Shown here: positions 62,041 through 64,000 of the stretch, piece by piece
Layout of the letters: each line of letters starts with the position of its first letter
Position numbering within the stretch: the first letter of the stretch is position 1
DNA from: Octopus bimaculoides
Lineage: Eukaryota
Direction of reading: 5' to 3'
DNA length: 64,000 nt
Assembly (NCBI RefSeq): GCF_001194135.2
Contig: NC_068989.1
Coordinates: 19,129,644 to 19,193,643 of the forward strand
Notes under the pieces: model-generated
What the model was told of the DNA's origin: nothing
What the model saw: the letters and a program-made list of their open reading frames with translations, nothing else
Databases searched by the model: none
Position numbers and translations under genes: made by a program

Positions 62041-63454
62041 TTAAGAAGAATTAAGGCGAATTGCATCAGAGATATTGAAGGTGTGTGTGAATATGTAGAA
62101 GTTGTTACCAACTGAACTCGAAACACTACAAATGACTTATTGCTGCATTTAATACTTAGAAAATTTGTAAATATTTCATTTTGTTTGCTTGATCCTACTT
62201 CACATAAAACCACTGACATCATCACCATCACCACCATCATCATCATCACAATGGTGCAATCTAATGTTTTATTAAGCCTTTTTCTTAAGTGGTAAATGTT
62301 TGTTCATTGTAAATAAATAAATAAAAGATGAAAGAAAAGACGCTTATATTGTTTGTGTGTCTTAACAATGATATAACCGTCAACAGTTGCTCTTTCCCTG
62401 ATGGTATGGAAAAGAAGAAGAAGCCTTGGGAAAAGTCCCAGGTGGCACAGGGTTGTAGAAGAAGAAGACAAAGTTGAAAAGCATCAGATTAAAAATAGCC
62501 CTTGTCTCTCTCTCTCTCTCTCTCTCTCCCCAACCTATTCCCTCCTGAGGTGGGCATTTCCCCCCACCTCCTCTCCTCCCCACCTAATTTTCTTTTGTAT
62601 TGATTTTGTTTCATATTAATCCCTTTTCAGAAACGACAATTATTCCAATGCAGATAAGGTTGGAACAGCTGATGGAGGTTTCTTTATATATATGTGAGCA
62701 AGCCTCCCTACATCTCACCTTCACCTCGACTCTTATCCATAATTCTACTTTCTCTGTCTCTCCCCCTCTTTCTCTCTCTCTCTCCCTCTTTCTCTCTCCC
62801 TTCCCAGCTTGCTGCACCTCCACCAGTTCTCTGACATGTAATTTTCATCTCAAATGGCAGTGCTATTTCTTCCTTCCCCTCACATTCCTGGCCTCTGCCA
62901 ACCCCGGCCCACCTCTGTCTGCTCTATCATATCATGGAGGAAAGGAAGGTGACGGGGGGCGGGTGGATGGGGGTAAGGGTGCTGTTATAGTATACTTACT
63001 ATATGTACCTGTAGCAGGTGTTATAAAGGACTTTGTCAGTGGGTGGGTGTGGAGGTGGGAATTCTGGCAAGGGAAGAGCAGAGGTGGGTGAACTAGTAAT
63101 TCTATACAAATACCACCACCGCTGCTGCTGCTCTTACTACTACTACTACAACCACCACCACTACTAACTGACTTTGTGCTACCTTGGTCTTATTGTTTCC
63201 ATTGTAACGCTCTCCCCCTCCCCCCTGTTGGACAAACAGATTTTCCAGGGCTTCTATGTGCCCTTTGTCAGTAATGTCCACCTCTGCACTTCCCCTTTCT
63301 CCCAACTGATCTCATAAGGGGCTGATTCTTTTAACAGGATCATCCTATTGTTTGTTCTGCTTCATGTTCTTATTGTCTGTTCTTTACTCTTTTTTTTCTT
63401 CTTTTTTTTTTTCCTTTCTTCCATTTTGGTGCAGTCTTTCTGTTTTTCTTGCAC

Positions 63455-63650
63455 TCTGTCATCATCATCATCATCATCATCAGTGCCGCTATCATTGCTA
63501 CAACTTACCACCACCATCACCATCATCATTGTTACTCCTACCACCACCATCACCACCACCACCACCATCACTATTACCAATATCACCCACATCTTGGTCA
63601 CTATTGTCATCATCATCATCATCATTGCTCATCACCATCATTGCCACCAG
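63455..63650. repeat. Compound (CAT)n/(CAC)n trinucleotide low-complexity tract
   Basis: Direct; explains the poly-H/T/S ORFs in the track. Confidence 0.9.
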
Positions 63651-63828
63651 AACTCAGTATATTTAATATTTTATCAAAGCAGTTTAGGTAATTGTTGAAT
63701 GCAGTGTAGCACATTATGATGGTGATGATGATGATATCCATAATAGTAGTGATACTGGCTGTGATAATATCATTAATATTTTTCTTTATATTCTTCAATA
63801 TTCTTTATATTTTGTCTCACCGACTATC

Positions 63829-63865
<37 letters not shown>

Positions 63866-64000
63866 CCCTTCGTACATCAAATCAAGATTTATTTATTTTG
63901 TAACAATACCTGCAATCTTTGGTGACATTTTCCTTTACTGCAGCAGATGGCTGGGATCTGAAGCCATTTTTATTTATTTATTCATCACCATCATTGTCAG

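Noticed and set aside
62631-62677. Strong plus-strand acceptor (CCCTTTTCAG) followed by an open reading NDNYSNADKVGTADG
   Set aside because: There is no credible donor (GTTTCT). Similar lone acceptors at 36317, 37290 and 63943 were also left out as indistinguishable from chance.
199-63925. The many 60-320 aa ORFs in the supplied track (poly-HT, CV, YI, poly-M/H/T and X-rich)
   Set aside because: They are translations of microsatellites, N gaps or SINE/LINE UTR sequence (for example the recurring MKPDGNTR.. and ..EDTCPRCHAVGL.. ORFs), not genes.

Overview
This is AT-rich animal genomic DNA with seven assembly gaps, abundant (CA)n/(TA)n/(CT)n/(CAT)n microsatellites and no long intact ORF. It reads as intronic or intergenic sequence of a large eukaryotic genome. 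The repeat families resemble those I recall from Octopus; that assignment is inference, not a database result. Most recognisable content is transposon-derived: about 15 copies of a tRNA-headed CORE-type SINE, a second tRNA SINE, two Meta-domain SINEs, many 5'-truncated RTE LINE 3' ends, degraded RTE coding remnants, mariner remnants, a hAT MITE with an 8-bp TSD, TTAA piggyBac-like MITEs, Helitron/Helentron-type elements and an unusual long-TIR element with a telomere-like core. The supplied ORFs are almost all microsatellite or repeat artefacts. No host gene could be named, but several short splice-site-bounded open segments on both strands are candidate microexons, the strongest being 56486-56545 on the minus strand. 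I found no rRNA, bona fide tRNA or CRISPR array, and no convincing new biological system. The most interesting leads are the stem-loop module array in the RTE 3' UTR, the long-TIR element and the candidate microexon chains.
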